From contig OX597829.1 of the NCBI GenBank assembly GCA_951406725.2, positions 33,852,001 to 33,916,000 on the forward strand: 64,000 bases of DNA, given 5' to 3'. Position 1 is the stretch's first letter. Every line of letters begins with the position of its first letter. Origin of the DNA: Octopus vulgaris. Its lineage: Eukaryota. Under the pieces are notes generated by a model that was not told where the DNA came from, did not search any database, and saw only the letters and a program-made list of their open reading frames with translations. This document shows positions 39,614 to 52,946 of the stretch, piece by piece. A program made the position numbers and the translations under genes.

Positions 39614-39872
39614 GGAGACGCAATGGCCTAGTGGTTAGGGCAGCGGACTCGCGGTCGTAGGATCGTGGTTTTGATTCCCAGACCGGGTGTTGTGAGTGTT
39701 TATTGAGCGAAAACACCTAAAAGCACCACGAAGCTCCGGCAGGGGGTGGTGGTGATCCCTGCTGTACTCTTTCACCACTCTTTCTCTCACTCTTTCTTCT
39801 GTTGGCCTGCTCGCTTAGCGCATTGTGACCAGCGATGTGTAGCAACATCTGATGGTCTGGTCGGTCATGTGA
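39614..39872 (+). mobile_element. tRNA-derived SINE (family C)
   Basis: A-box TGGCCTAGTGG and B-box-like GGTTTTGATTCC, followed by a non-tRNA body. Confidence 0.75.
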
Positions 39873-40077
39873 TATATGTATATATGTGTGTGTATATATG
39901 TATATACACACACACACTCACTTATATGTACTATACATACATAATTATATGCAAAGATATGTGTTTGTAGTCCTTTGTATGTGTACATATACACATAAAT
40001 AATTTGGAAGAATGGTGTCTGAATGTTTTTCCCTCTTGTGTTTGTGTGTTCGGAGAGAGAGAAAGAGAGGTTCCTGT

Positions 40078-40220
40078 ATGTTTGCATGATTAAAAAGCTC
40101 GCTTTCCAACCATATAGTCTTATGATCAGTCCCACTGTGTGGCTCCTTGGGCAAGTGATTTCTACTATAGCCCTTGGCCAATGATAGTGGATTTGGTAGA
40201 TGAAAATTGAAAGAAACCCA
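40078..40220 (+). mobile_element. SINE family A head, degraded
   Basis: CAGTCCCACTGTGTGGCTCCTTGGGCAAGTG motif. Confidence 0.7.
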
Positions 40221-40539
40221 TAAATAACATTATCACCATAGAAATGACATTATTTGCAGTCTACTGTGAAAAGTTTGCCTAGCTATAGGAACATATTAAC
40301 CTTGTTACCTTAAAAGAAGTGAATGTTAGCTACAGTTAGTGCATCTGCCACAGCAAATTTCATCTGGGTTGCTCTGGCAACCCATCCCTACAATCTTTTC
40401 CCCAGTTACTCCCTGCTACCCTTATATAAATGCTGGGTTAACCATGTATCTGCTACGTAGTAAGACACCTCTGCTTGTCCCTTGCATAAAATCTACCCTA
40501 TACCCTTTTACTCTTTTTCCCTTTGCTTAATCTTTCCTG

Positions 40540-40726
40540 TTTTGCAAGTTACTTGACTACTCCACCAGTGCCAGTGGAATGAAAAAGGCTCTTAGTGCAC
40601 ACTGCAAAGTGGTTGGTGTTAGGAAGGACATCCAGTTGTAGAAATCATGCCAAAGCTAACATGGATCATGATGCAGCCATTTCACTCACCAGATCCTGTC
40701 TAACTGTCCAACCCATACCAACATGG
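40540..40726 (+). mobile_element. RTE-related 3' tail, degraded
   Basis: GTGGTTGGTGTTAGGAAGGACATCCAGTTGTAGAAA..TGTCCAACCCATACC. Confidence 0.65.
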
Positions 40727-41569
40727 TTTGTTTTTTTTTTTTCCATTTTTAAAAATCTTTGTTTATTATCAGCACTTTTAACAATTTTAACAGTTGAGTA
40801 TATATTTCCTTTCATTGTGCCTAACTTGTCTGTATTCCACTAGCTTGTCAGTATCTTGTCTGTAGAAGGACTGAGTCTTGACTTGAAGAATTCATCAGGT
40901 CACATTTTCAGCTCCACTTCACAGACTGTTGGAGAATAACCAATAAAGGTGATAATCTATCAGCAGAATGGTTGTTGTATCAGAGTGAGATGAGAACCAC
41001 CCCAACAGTACCTAGCAAGAATACCAGACACATTTTGGCCTTGTTTAGCCTTGTGAGTGGCATGTATGCATGGTACATCCACAAGAGACTTCATCAACAG
41101 GCGTATACTGCAGTAAATTTGCCCTTCAAGACTATTTTTACATTTTTCCAACAGATGGTTATTTTAATTTAATGCTGCTTGTATTACCAAACCGCTATTT
41201 GTAATACCAGTGAATGTTTTTCACTGTTTTCCTATACATTGTAAGTGATAAATCTCGGACCATACTGAGCATTTTGGTTGGCTCTGAGTACATACTAAAA
41301 TGTATCTATCATTCTTGTTAGCTGCTTTTGGGACAATTTTTATCTCCCCTTGATATGTATTATGTTTTTAAACATAGCACAACCATAAGACATTAATCCC
41401 CAAATGAATACTGTTTCAATAATGTATTAAATTTGCCTTTCAACAAGAGTTTTTAAAGAATCATGTTGCAGTTTCTACAGTCTGATGTCAAGAGACTTCT
41501 TTCAAAAGAACCTTCTAGCCATTTCTAAATATATGTAAAGAAATATGTGTGTGTGTTTGTGTGTATGTC

Positions 41570-41955
41570 TTCTATCTTTTACTTGTTTCAGTCATTTGAC
41601 TGTGGCCATACTGAGGTGCCGCCTTGAAGAAATTTTAGTCGCATGTATTGACCCCAGTACTTATTTATTTATTTTTTAAAGCCTAGTATTTATTCTTTCA
41701 GTCTCGTTTGCCAAACCACTAAATTATGGGGGTGTAAACACACCAGTGCCAGTTATCAAGTAGTGTTTGGAGGACATACAGACAGACAGACAGACACACA
41801 TGATGGGCTTCTTTCAGTTTCCATCTACCAAATCCACCCACAAGGCTTTGGTTGGTCCAAGGCTATCGTAGAAGACATCTGCCCAAGGTGCCACACAGTG
41901 GGACTGAACTCCGAACCATGTGGTTGGGAAGCAAGCTTCTTACCACACAGCCATC
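41570..41955 (-). mobile_element. Near full-length SINE family A
   Basis: Minus strand ATGGCTGTGTGGTAAG (A-box)..GAGTTCAGTCCC (B-box) through to the CR1-like tail; 22-bp tandem duplication at 41939-41982. Confidence 0.85.
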
Positions 41956-43812
41956 AAACTCCTTACCACACAGCCATCAAACTCACTGTCACTCTCTTCT
42001 TGTAAAAGTAATAAATACGTACTCTTCTGAAAAATTGAATAACCTTCAGTTTTAATGTTAAATTGTTTCTATTATAACATGGTATAAAAACAGTCAATAT
42101 CTATCTATACACACACAAAAGAATGTACATATGTATGTTTACCTGTATAGTCCTTTAAAGGTCAATGTAAAAAAGACATAATATCATTGGATAATTAAAG
42201 TTCTGGAGTAAGTTTATTCACCTAAAATTCTTCAATGTGGTGTCCAAGCATGGCCACAGTCAAATGATTGGAGCAAGTAAATGATAAAAGATACTACATT
42301 GGCTCATGTATACACACTCATGCACTCACACGCACATTCATAATGTATATGTATTTATAGATGGCTGTGTGTTGGTTGTTTTAGTCTTGGTAGAGTGTTC
42401 AACAGAATATTTTGTGGTATTTAGTTATGTTTCTAGGTTCAAATATCTCTCAGTTCAACATTTGTCCTTCCAACTTCAATAAAATTTCAAAAAAAAAAAA
42501 AAATTAAAAAACCTACATGTTAAAATTACTGCATAGAAGAATCAACTAATACTGTAGTTGATTCTGTATTATTCTGTGTCAAGCATTAGAGTCTAAATTG
42601 AGGGGTAGCTTAATATTCAAATGTATAGTCTAAAATATATTGCTGATTTTTAGGTACAGAACAAGAGGGTCATATTACTTATAAGATCGCATTGTTTAAA
42701 CATTTCAAAGAAGTTCACTTAATTGAAGCCATTAAATGAAAGTGTGTGTGCATTTATGTGAGTAACTACATATGTATTTATGCGTTTGATAATATATATT
42801 TTGATTTAAGTGTGTATATGTTATGTCTTTCTGGGCACACAGATAGAACAAGAATTCAATACATGTAATAAAAATTTGTTTGAAGCTAATGATTCACTCT
42901 GTCATGCAGAGATGCCAGTCTATGTACATTTGTTTAGAATCTTCTGTATTAACTAAAAAAAATTTAAGCATGGGAGTAGTAATAGCTGTGAATGAGAAAT
43001 TTTTGAGTGAGTGTATGTGTGTCTTGAAGTTAAAATGTTGGGTGGGAGGTGTGTGTGTATTTGCATGTCAATATGTGTTCATATATTAACTAGTACACTC
43101 TCACAGAAACAGGCATATACTTAACACCCCATACATGTGTGTGATTGTGTGTGTGTGTGTGTGTAGGTAGGTATGCATGTATTGTGTGTGCTAACTCAAG
43201 CACAAAAATGTGTTTTTAATGTAAGCATGTAACATAGATGTCTGTGGGTGTGTGTACATATTTGTGTATTGTATGTATGCATCTATATGTATCTATGTAT
43301 ATAAGTATCTATATGTATATATATTATATGTGTGTATATGCGTGTGTGTGTGTGTGTCTGTGTATATATTACATATATACATACACACACAAACACAGAA
43401 TGTATGCTTAATATATCGCACATACACAAACATATATGTATTTATATGTATATTATATACATTAAATATGTATATTATGTATATATGTCTTTCTGTGTAT
43501 TTATATATTCTATATGTGTGCATGTATAAGTATATATATTTATACACAATATATATGTGTGTATATATTTATACATGTGTGCATGTAAGCATGTGTTAGT
43601 ATGTGTTAATATATATGTGTCTATATATGTATATATAATTTATATAGAAATACATTTATGTGTATGTATGTGTGCTTGTATATGTTTGTGTTTGTGTGTG
43701 TACACATGCATACACATACACTCACACATACACACAAACATTAAATATTTTTTCTGTGCTATTTATGACTTTCAACAGTTATTATTCTTATTTTTTATTT
43801 TCAATCTTTTAG

Positions 43813-43869
43813 GAATCTCACAGAGCTCTTAGGATCGTGTACTTTCAAGTCACGGACAGTCACTACAAG
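43813..43869 (+). CDS. Candidate alternative 57-nt CBP exon, phase 2-2, encoding NLTELLGSCTFKSRTVTT
   Basis: Long pyrimidine tract and TAG acceptor; AAG|GTGATA donor; open in the CBP frame; 26/57 GC in AT-rich flanks. No homology support. Confidence 0.4.
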
Positions 43870-44692
43870 GTGATAATTATGTGAATTGAAACCTACTGCA
43901 TTCAGTGCAGGAATGCCTTGAACAATACTTAAAATATAGGAAAAGAAATCCATAGTCTATGTTATATATAGAAAAAGCTAATATATAAGAAAAATTGGAG
44001 ACATTTTGAAGCATTTTATTTTTGTCTTAATTTTACAAACATTTCTTTTTAATTTCATTTCTGCAAACAATGCAACCTTCGCTAGATTAAGTTATAGCAA
44101 CTAAAATTAAATTTAGATACTTCTACTCTTGTTGCAAAAGCATTGTAGATAATATGTATATTATAATTTAATTATTCAAAATTGGTGGGATTTGAAAATA
44201 ACATTTAAATTTTAAAGAATTAAAGATACTACTCTTATATATTACATTCCTTCCCTTCCCTGATATAATTGCAGTATCATATTCCTTGCAAATTACTACT
44301 AATAAATTAGAAATAATTTGTGAAAACCCATTAGTTCTCTAGATATTTTTCTTATATTTCTTAGCCATATTTTAAGTTGCCCTTCAACCACACTTTTAGA
44401 TGTATGTTTTTTAGTGAAACCAATTAAAAATATCCAGGATAAGGTGTTTTTAATGAAAAGTAAAGCTTTGATCTAAAATATTAAGTCTCTGTATGACAGA
44501 CATATTCTTATAACTTCTCATGGCAAAATATACTCTACTTTTATTTTTATAAATCAAATGTTCTAAATACCACTTGTGATTATTTCAATTATATCAATAC
44601 CACTTGTGATTATTTTTATTTCTTATATTGTATGTTGCATCTAATTATGTTTATCAGAAATTTAGTAAGACATGTATTTTATTTTATTACAG

Positions 44693-44749
44693 GCGGATAC
44701 AAAAGGATGCATTCTCTAAAATGAAGAATGATCAGTTGGATTTGGAACC
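44693..44749 (+). CDS. CREBBP: CBP/p300 exon, RING-PHD (57 nt)
   Basis: RIQKDAFSKMKNDQLDLEP; ACAG and GTAAGT boundaries, phase 2-2. Confidence 0.95.
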
Positions 44750-45267
44750 GTAAGTTTCATTTTCACCTGAGAATCAATAACAAAAATTTTATGCTGAATA
44801 TTACAATTTGAAATAGATTTTAATATTCAAGACAAAAGTCAGTTAGTGCAAAAGTATTCATTAATTCTGTATAGCGTTAATGGTTGTATGAGCTTGTAAT
44901 AAGTACTAGGTGGCTTATTTAATGGACTAGTAAAAATTAAATCCTCATAAGCTGTTTTAAAAATAGTGAAGTTGAAATTATTATTTGTGTAATTTAATAC
45001 ATCCATACTTGGCTGCATTAATTTTTCATATTATTTATAAAAGGGATATTTAGAAACTTTTACATTTTGTTTCTTGCTTTACTTTTTAGAGCACTCCCAT
45101 GTCTAAAGTAGGTGTGTTTGTGTATGATTTTTGAATTCAATTAATTGGTACTACTTATATTTGCAAAACTAATTCAATAATTTTCATACCTTTTTTTTCT
45201 AAATTATTTTAAAATGTCTTAGCCTCCTGCATTCTTAAATAATAATACAAACAATTTTGTTCTTTAG

Positions 45268-45345
45268 GTTTGTTGAATGTTTAGAATGTGGACGGAAACT
45301 TCATCAAATCTGTGCTTTATATTTTGAACCCCTATGGCCAAATGG
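45268..45345 (+). CDS. CREBBP: CBP/p300 exon, PHD (78 nt)
   Basis: FVECLECGRKLHQICALYFEPLWPNG; canonical splice sites. Confidence 0.96.
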
Positions 45346-45769
45346 GTAAGTTTTTAATCTTCTTATCAATGGAATTTTTTTAATGCATAAAATAACTTTA
45401 AGCATTAACTCTCATGAATATTTCCAGTTGAAGACTAACATTTTATTAACACTGAAGAATTGCATATTATGTACAATATCTTTGAGAAAATGCTGAAATG
45501 TTTTGCTTATCAAAAGTATTTTACAAATTTTCTTCTTTTTTATCACTAAGTATTGCGTTCATTATGATGTACAAGCATGCATAAACATTTGTGAATGTAG
45601 TTCAGTTAAAAGGAAATAAGCCATAATATAGATTACTTTCAAAATGTAAATGATTGAAATGAATAAGTAAATGCTTCTGAATAGTTATTTTGTATAGGCA
45701 ACCTCATCAGCAGTAAAGGAAAGTTATCAGAAAGTATAGTAATCTGAATGAGAATTACTGAAACACTTG

Positions 45770-46070
45770 AAAATAGACAAAATTTGGCATACTGGTATTA
45801 TCAAGTACCTGCAGAAAAAGGCTGCAAGACATTAATATTGACATGGTTTCTACATTAGGGGATGATGCTTCAACTTTGTCAATAGTGCAAAAGCAGGCAG
45901 TTGAATTAGTAGGGTAAAGGAGAGTCTTAAAGATGGGCCATGGTCTGGACATCCTGCAACTGACACCACTGAGGAAAACTGTGTTCACTACATGGTGATA
46001 GCTAACAGGAAATTGACTATAAATCAAATAACCAATGCTAGCATAACCATTGTGAGGTTGAGAATTGAGA
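45770..46070 (+). mobile_element. Mariner N-terminal remnant
   Basis: DMVSTLGDDASTLSIVQK and frameshifted SGHPATDTTEEN, typical of mariner HTH/linker sequence. Confidence 0.6.
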
Positions 46071-46214
46071 ATTAGAGAGAAAGAAAATGGTAAAGAGAGC
46101 TGCAATGAAAAAAGAATGGAAGAGTTAGAGAGTTGTGCAAGAAGCATGAACTTGTTAGTTGTTTGGGGCATGCATGGATATATGTGAGTATGCAAGTGAG
46201 GGTACACATATCAT

Positions 46215-46400
46215 TGTCAACATATAAGGTCTGGTTTCCATGCTGGCATGAGTTGGACGGCTTAACAGGAACTGGAAGGCCTGGGGGTGCACCAGGTTCC
46301 ATAGATGTGTTTTGGCTTGGTTTCTACTGCTCGTTGTCCTTCCTAATGCTAATCACTTTACAAAGTATACTAGGTGCTTTTTACATAGCACCAGCACTAT
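46215..46400 (-). mobile_element. RTE-family 3' tail, degraded
   Basis: TTTCCATGCTGGCATGAGTTGGACGG..GGTGCTTTTTACATAGCACCAGCAC. Confidence 0.7.
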
Positions 46401-48791
46401 GTGTGTTATATAATTGTGTGCATTATTTGTGAATAACTTCTAGATGAAAGCTCTGTATATTGGATACTAGCAGGTTTATGTGGTTATCTGGTATGAATAC
46501 ATACCATTTTGAGTCTTCTTCTTGATGGCATTATTGCACTCTGGCCCTCCTCACTGAGGTGAGCCCCCATCCACCCACTTGTTAAATCAACTGGTTACAA
46601 AACTTCACTCCTTATTCTTCTAGCCTTTGCTCATTGTCTCTTTTTAACCAAATTCAATGTTTTGCCTTCCCAGTGTAAATTGGATATTGCTCATGATGGC
46701 ATATGCTTTATGTTGAGTTAGGCCTGCTAACAACACCCATTGCCTCATACTGCTTTCCGTATGGAAATTCATTGGATAATGTTCTGCTTTTCAACCTGTG
46801 TCCATGTTATCTCCATGACGAACAGTTAGCTCAATCAGATTTCCTTTCGTTTTCTCATACCATATGATAATAGTTGGTCTCTTCATACTGGAATAGGGAA
46901 AAGTCCTTGGCACCCTGGTAAATCTGCAGCCACCTCCCAACAGGCGTTCCATTTTGCATTATTCACAAGAAGCTTCTTCAAAATGAATCTGTTGTCCTTG
47001 GCACATGAGAATAATGAATCCCCTCTGACTGTGTTCTGCAGTGGTTTCTTGCCACTGTTGATTAGTGCAGTTTAGTTCTTCGCAGTGTCTTTGTTTGTGT
47101 CTTCAAGTATATCTATCCAACATGAATGAACAGTTGAAAAAAAAATAGGTTTCAGTGTTCCTACTTGCCTGCATTTGCATTTATCATTCTTTGATACATC
47201 TTATCTAACCAAGTTTGTAGGCAATGACAAGGCATCATAGGATGAATGAATCAACAAACTTAATCATTATGTACTCTACTTCCATATTTCATTCCAACTT
47301 ATTTTTCTCTCAATTACGTGCTTCTTCCATCGTGAGAGCATTGAATCAAATAACACTATCTTTTCTGTTTCCCTTGCCCTGACACTGTTACTGATCTGAG
47401 TCAAAGCCACGTCCCTTCCAATTAATTTACATGGCATCCACCATGTCTTGGTGTTTAATTGAAAACAGGATGTTATCCATTTCTAATTCTGCTTTCACTT
47501 CTTGGCTGTTTTTACATCTGGTAGATTTACATCTTATTTCTCTGTCCTTCAACTCTGAGTATCATCACTGTTTGTGCCTTCCCTACTTCATAAATTTAAG
47601 TGATTGATGTCAGTAGTAATTGCAGTGACTCCTTTTTACAATTTGAAAGAGCTGAGCTATTCATTATATGAGGTCTACCTAGCCATTTCCTGACAAACAC
47701 ATTGCAATTTTTCCCAATAATTTGAACCATGACAGTGCTATCTCATATATTAATATTAGCCATAAAAAGCATGCATATAAGCCATCAATTGCTTTTAGTC
47801 CATTGTTAGCTTGTTTCATAATCTGCATTCTGCAGCTCCTATCTAAAACTATATTTATTATTGTTTATATGAATGCTTGTGTTGGTAACTAAGAGAATAC
47901 TGCCTTTATGTATACATGTGTATGTCCATATCTATTTGGTTGTATGTGTATTGTACATATAGGTATGTATATTTATATGTAAGTATATGTATATAAGTAC
48001 TTAGGTATGTTTGTGTGTTTATATGTAGCATTATCTACTTGATAGATTATGAAGAGAGAGAATTACATTTATTCATGTAAGCTTATAGGTACAATACATG
48101 CACACTGAAATCTGTTTATTTTCATCTTCATTATGTGTATAAATGTATGTAATATAGTTTTACACTATTATATTTGTGACATTGAAGGCAGCATAGTGTA
48201 TGTGTTTGTAAATGAATGTGAGAACATATTTGTATGTATTCATATATAGATGTATAATAGTGTCTTTTTCATGAAAATTAAGAGTTTCTTTCTCTTGGTC
48301 AGTTAACATATATCCTTTTGACATTTCAAATGCTTAGTAGTTCACTCGTGAAATACATCTTGTCTTTATGAATGGTGTCAGCACATCTATAATGAAGTGT
48401 TATCATTTTATCTTGTATTGCATATTTAAGTCGATTGTGTTAAAAATAATTTTGTTGTTGTTTGGTATTCTTATTATATACTCTATAAAGCACATATTAT
48501 GCCTATTGGATTATATCCTAGCTTTGTGAAGTGCTTCCCTTTCTAATCAATTGGTGTTTAACTGAGTTAACTGAATGCCACAGTAACCAGGTGCCTAAAT
48601 GAAGTGCTAATGAGACAGTAGCTTGAATTACAATTATCTCCTCAATTTATATGTATGTATGTATATATGTATAGGTTTTTTTTTTACCTCATCTTTGTTT
48701 TGTTTTTTTGTACCACACACACATAGAGAGGTGAACACATAAGTGCAAAACAAGGTGGAAAAATTAGTACTAAAATACCAAATGTTGAATC

Positions 48792-48941
48792 ATACTTTTT
48801 ATTAAAGCTGAAAAATTATCACAGAACTGTTATTCAGAGTTTCGTGTTTCCCATTTGTTCATCACAACTGTCTGACAAACAGGAACATGAAACTCTGGGT
48901 AAGTTCTGTGATAATTTTGCAGCTTCAATAAAAAAAAGTAT
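48792..48941. repeat. Inverted repeat with ~70-bp arms carrying degenerate hammerhead-like motifs
   Basis: TTTTATTAAAGCTGAAAAATTATCACAGAAC pairs with GTTCTGTGATAATTTTGCAGCTTCAATAAAA; relatives at 8010-8075 and 29742-29815. Confidence 0.9.
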
Positions 48942-49250
48942 ATATATATCTGTATTTGATAAAGCTGTATTTTAGCATTTGATCGAATGCAAAAATACAT
49001 TACTCATTGTTGTTTTTAACAGTACTGTTTTTCTTACTGTTATACCAGCAGTGTAAAACAGTAAAATACACTATTTATTTGAATGTCCTAATAGTTTACA
49101 GACCTACCATAATTATTTAGAAGTTGTTTTTATTTGATTTTGGTATTTTCTATAGATTTCATTTTTATCTTCTATTGTGTTTTCAATTCCAAAGAGTTGT
49201 TTTCTTTTTCTATATTTAATGCCCGGTAACAATTTTTTTCTTTTTTCCAG

Positions 49251-49321
49251 GTTTTATTGTGATAACTGTTGTAAGACAAAAGGTAAACAGGGTAAAAAGG
49301 AAGGCAAATATACTTGCAAAC
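49251..49321 (+). CDS. CREBBP: CBP/p300 exon, PHD end (71 nt)
   Basis: FYCDNCCKTKGKQGKKEGKYTCK; TTCCAG and GTGAGT boundaries. Confidence 0.95.
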
Positions 49322-49700
49322 GTGAGTTACACTTACTTTTCTTCATAAGTTAGAAATTTTTTGGAAGTTCTTAGTATTAGATATCAAAATATAATTTTAA
49401 AATAAAATTTGCCATTAAGAAATTAATGATTGCAGTGTTAAAAATTTTTTTTACACTTGTTTTTTAAAAATTAATCTATGATGTTGAAGTTCTGTTTACT
49501 GGTGTCTAATTTGGTTATCTATTTCATATTGTAAATTTATCAAGATTAATTTAAACTGTTTTGTTTAATAACAAATTTTCTGATTCTATATTTCTTTCTG
49601 ATTGGAATTCTGATTGTGTAGTATAAGCAAAGGCAAACCAGCTTGGTAGAGTCCATACTTGTACAAGTTATTGATTATGGTGGGGTTACAAACCTGAGCC

Positions 49701-50921
49701 TTAATTCTTTCATTATTATGTTTCTAACCAAAATACACCCTTTATGTGTGTCAATCAAATTCTAAAATAATAGCGAATTTAGGCTTTTTTTTTAATTAAC
49801 ATATTAATGTAGTTTTGGGAACACAATTTAACTAAAGGTTCTTAACCAACCAAATTTATTGAATGATTTTTGTCCCAAAGCAAATCTAATTACAAGTAAA
49901 TTATAGGTAAGTTCAACAAAATATACCAGTTGAACTTAAATGCATATTAGACAGGTGTACCATAAAGGTAAAATAAAGCAAAATACAGAAATTTATCTTT
50001 GAAGAAAACTAGAAAATGAAATGCACATACCATCAACTAAATGAAATAAACTCATATACATACATGTATACACAGAAACATATATAATAAGGATTCACTA
50101 TACAAATTAATCAAAATTTGTCACTTACCTTACATGTAAATAAAGGAAACTGAATCATATATATATGTTATTTAGAGATAGTAGTCCCCATTATCACACC
50201 ATATAAAAGAATTTTAATTTAATACTTACTACTCATTTCTCTGCTACACGTGTTTCTTGAGGTTCTTTTACGGTTCCTTAAGCACGCAGTGTTTTACAGG
50301 AACCTTTCTTAAAATGTAACCCCAATTATCAGGCCTCTAAATAACTTTATCATAGTTCGATACCAAATACTATATTTTAATTTTAACAGATAAGTATGTG
50401 TAAATAGGTTCACTGGACCTTACTGTGCAAGCCATAATTCAAATCAAATAAAATTAATAAAAATGAAAATATAAAAAAAAATTTTAAATTTACAAAACTA
50501 AATTCTCACGTAACTTATGAATGTAAACATTCATATAAAATTAATAATATGTAGGAATAAAAAAAATATATATATTTGTGATGATATAATAATGAAAGCA
50601 ATGACAAATAGATATATTCAAATAAAAACTATAGTTAAAAATGGACATACACAAGTATGAATGACAAAATACAAAAAGAAAATTTACAAATGATAAGAAT
50701 GATAAAAATTAAAAATGTCAAAGTAAAAATTAGAGCCTAATAACTTAAGACTAACGTAAAAAAATGCTCAGACCACCGTTGACTACAATGGTCCTACTAC
50801 GTATTAATTTCGGCTTAATGTCACAAGGCCCAGACTACTATCTCTAAATAACATATATATTTCCTCATTGAGAATAATTTGAACCCCTGTGATGCCGGAA
50901 TTTGTATTCTCTAATAAATAA

Positions 50922-50989
<68 letters not shown>

Positions 50990-51120
50990 AATGAACAATA
51001 TTGTCATGGAAATTTGTAATTTTTCATTTAAAAGTTTTCTTTGTTGGATCTGGCAAGCTGGTTAACCTGTGCCAAAACAATTCTTGGATAGTTTGGGTAG
51101 GTTTGTAGCAACAGGGTTAA
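49701..51120. mobile_element. TTAA-type (piggyBac-like) non-autonomous element interrupted by a Penelope-type fragment (~50140-50925) and (TA)n
   Basis: Ends GTAGCAACAGGGTTAA; the left ~430 bp matches the copy at 53553-54090, which begins TTAACCTTTTCGTTAC. Confidence 0.6.
50243..50334 (-). ncRNA. Relic hammerhead-like motif with core G8>A
   Basis: GC-CUGAUAA-UUGGGGUU..GGUUCCU/AGGAACC..AACCUCAA-GAAA-CACGUG-UA-GC; palindromic stem III ACACGUGU. Confidence 0.5.
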
Positions 51121-52895
51121 AGGGAGTGATGTAGTTCAGCCATGAATTAAAATTCTTAGCTGTTTATACAAACGTTCAGTGTTGTACATTACTAATTTCA
51201 TATTTTGGGAATAAAAGATTTTTAATTCGCTTGTTTAACAGGTGAAAATTTAATCCTTTATACCCTCTGGAATAAAGTCTCAAATTTTTATATTACAATT
51301 TTATTTCAAGGTTTTTATATAAACTTGCAATGAAGTAGAAAGGTTTGCAAAATTACATTTTGTCTTTAATTTCTCTTCTAAAGTGATCGTTAATTAATAT
51401 ATTAGCATTTATAAGAAATATAGTTATTAACCACCAAATAAGACATCATTACTATCATGTCGACATTATGTGCAGCAAATTTGGCCTTACAGAAAAGTTC
51501 ACCTGACAGATTTTCACACACGTTTCTGTAAGTAATAAAAAAAAAAAAACACTTGAGATACCAAACTGAGGGATCAAGTCAAGTGCTTTGTGACTGAAAC
51601 AAACAGCCATGTTAGTGCACACACACAAAGAAGAGAAGCAAAAAAACAAATATGTAACGTGAAATAACTTATAGCATTGCAAGTTATTCTCAGAATGGTA
51701 GAATACTATCCCATTTAAATGGTGCTGAGACTTCAACTTGGGTAATATTTGAATTCAGTATCTGAGGTTGCATTATAATTGATTAAATATGGTAATCATT
51801 TAGCAACTTATTTTGCCTTCCACACTACAAAATCTACCAACTATCCAATGACACACACATAGATGGTCTACTAAAGTTCACTTACTTGGTTTTGGTCAAC
51901 CCATGACTATGACAGAAGATGCTTTTTCATGACTGCATTGAGACTAAACTCAGAATCACACAGCCTTCACTAATAACAAAATTGGAAACTTGGCAACATT
52001 GAATTGTTTGTTGGTTTTTTTATAGTAAGCTTCCCTGCAGGTTTTAGCTAAAACCAGGATTCTTGCTTGCCATTGATATTTTAGAACCATTGTTAATGTT
52101 AACTCCTACACCATGTCTTCTTTAAGCTGTAAAACCACTTTTCTAGGATTCCAAATATGCTAAGATCATGTCATAGGTGGTTTTATAATTATGCGAGCGC
52201 GTGTGTGTATGCACATGATTCTACATAAAATTTTATATTCTAAATAATTAATATCAATTCCCAAAGTGGTTTCAAATATTAAACAGCTTAGTTTATCATA
52301 GATTTTCTTTTTTTAAATATAACTATTTATTATTGTAGGAGTGCTTTCACAAATTTCAATCCAAACTTTGGTAAATTAACTTTCAAAAGAAATGTTTATC
52401 TACTGATCAAGTGAAGTAGATGAACATTGGTAGTGTAGAGGCAAGAAGAAAAAAAAAAACATCTATAGGATATAAACAAAATTATCTGAACAATCCCAGC
52501 TACAGGAAACCAAGTGTTTTCATATTGTTACATTTTGTATAGATTTGTAAGTTACATTAAATCTATTCATTCATTATTATGATGCATCAGATTTATGGAT
52601 TAGAATAACTTTACATAGATGACTGTTACATTTTAAAGTGTTAAACAACTGAATTGGAACTTAATGTGGAAACAGTAGGTATTATGTGTTTATATGTTTA
52701 CAGCAAAATGACTCAGAAGTTTAACACTCATTGATTAAATCTGATGTTATAGTATCAATAACAGTTTCAGTCCTTAAAACATTTTGTCTTATGACAACAG
52801 CTGTAGGAAATGGCGCTTGTTGAAGGTTTCATATAATGGTGTGGAACCTCAAGCAAAATTAGTTTTGAAGCAAACTCATTAACCACATAGGCATT

Positions 52896-52946
<51 letters not shown>

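Noticed and set aside
39614-39690. tRNA gene
   Set aside because: A and B boxes are present but there is no acceptor stem, and it continues into a SINE body.
44568-44615. 18-bp tandem duplication TACCACTTGTGATTATTT upstream of the 57-nt exon
   Set aside because: Most simply a slippage duplication.
46450-47750. Possible old minus-strand LINE, with similar cases at 32150-32550 and 61640-62260
   Set aside because: Composition is suggestive but the motifs are too decayed to call reliably.
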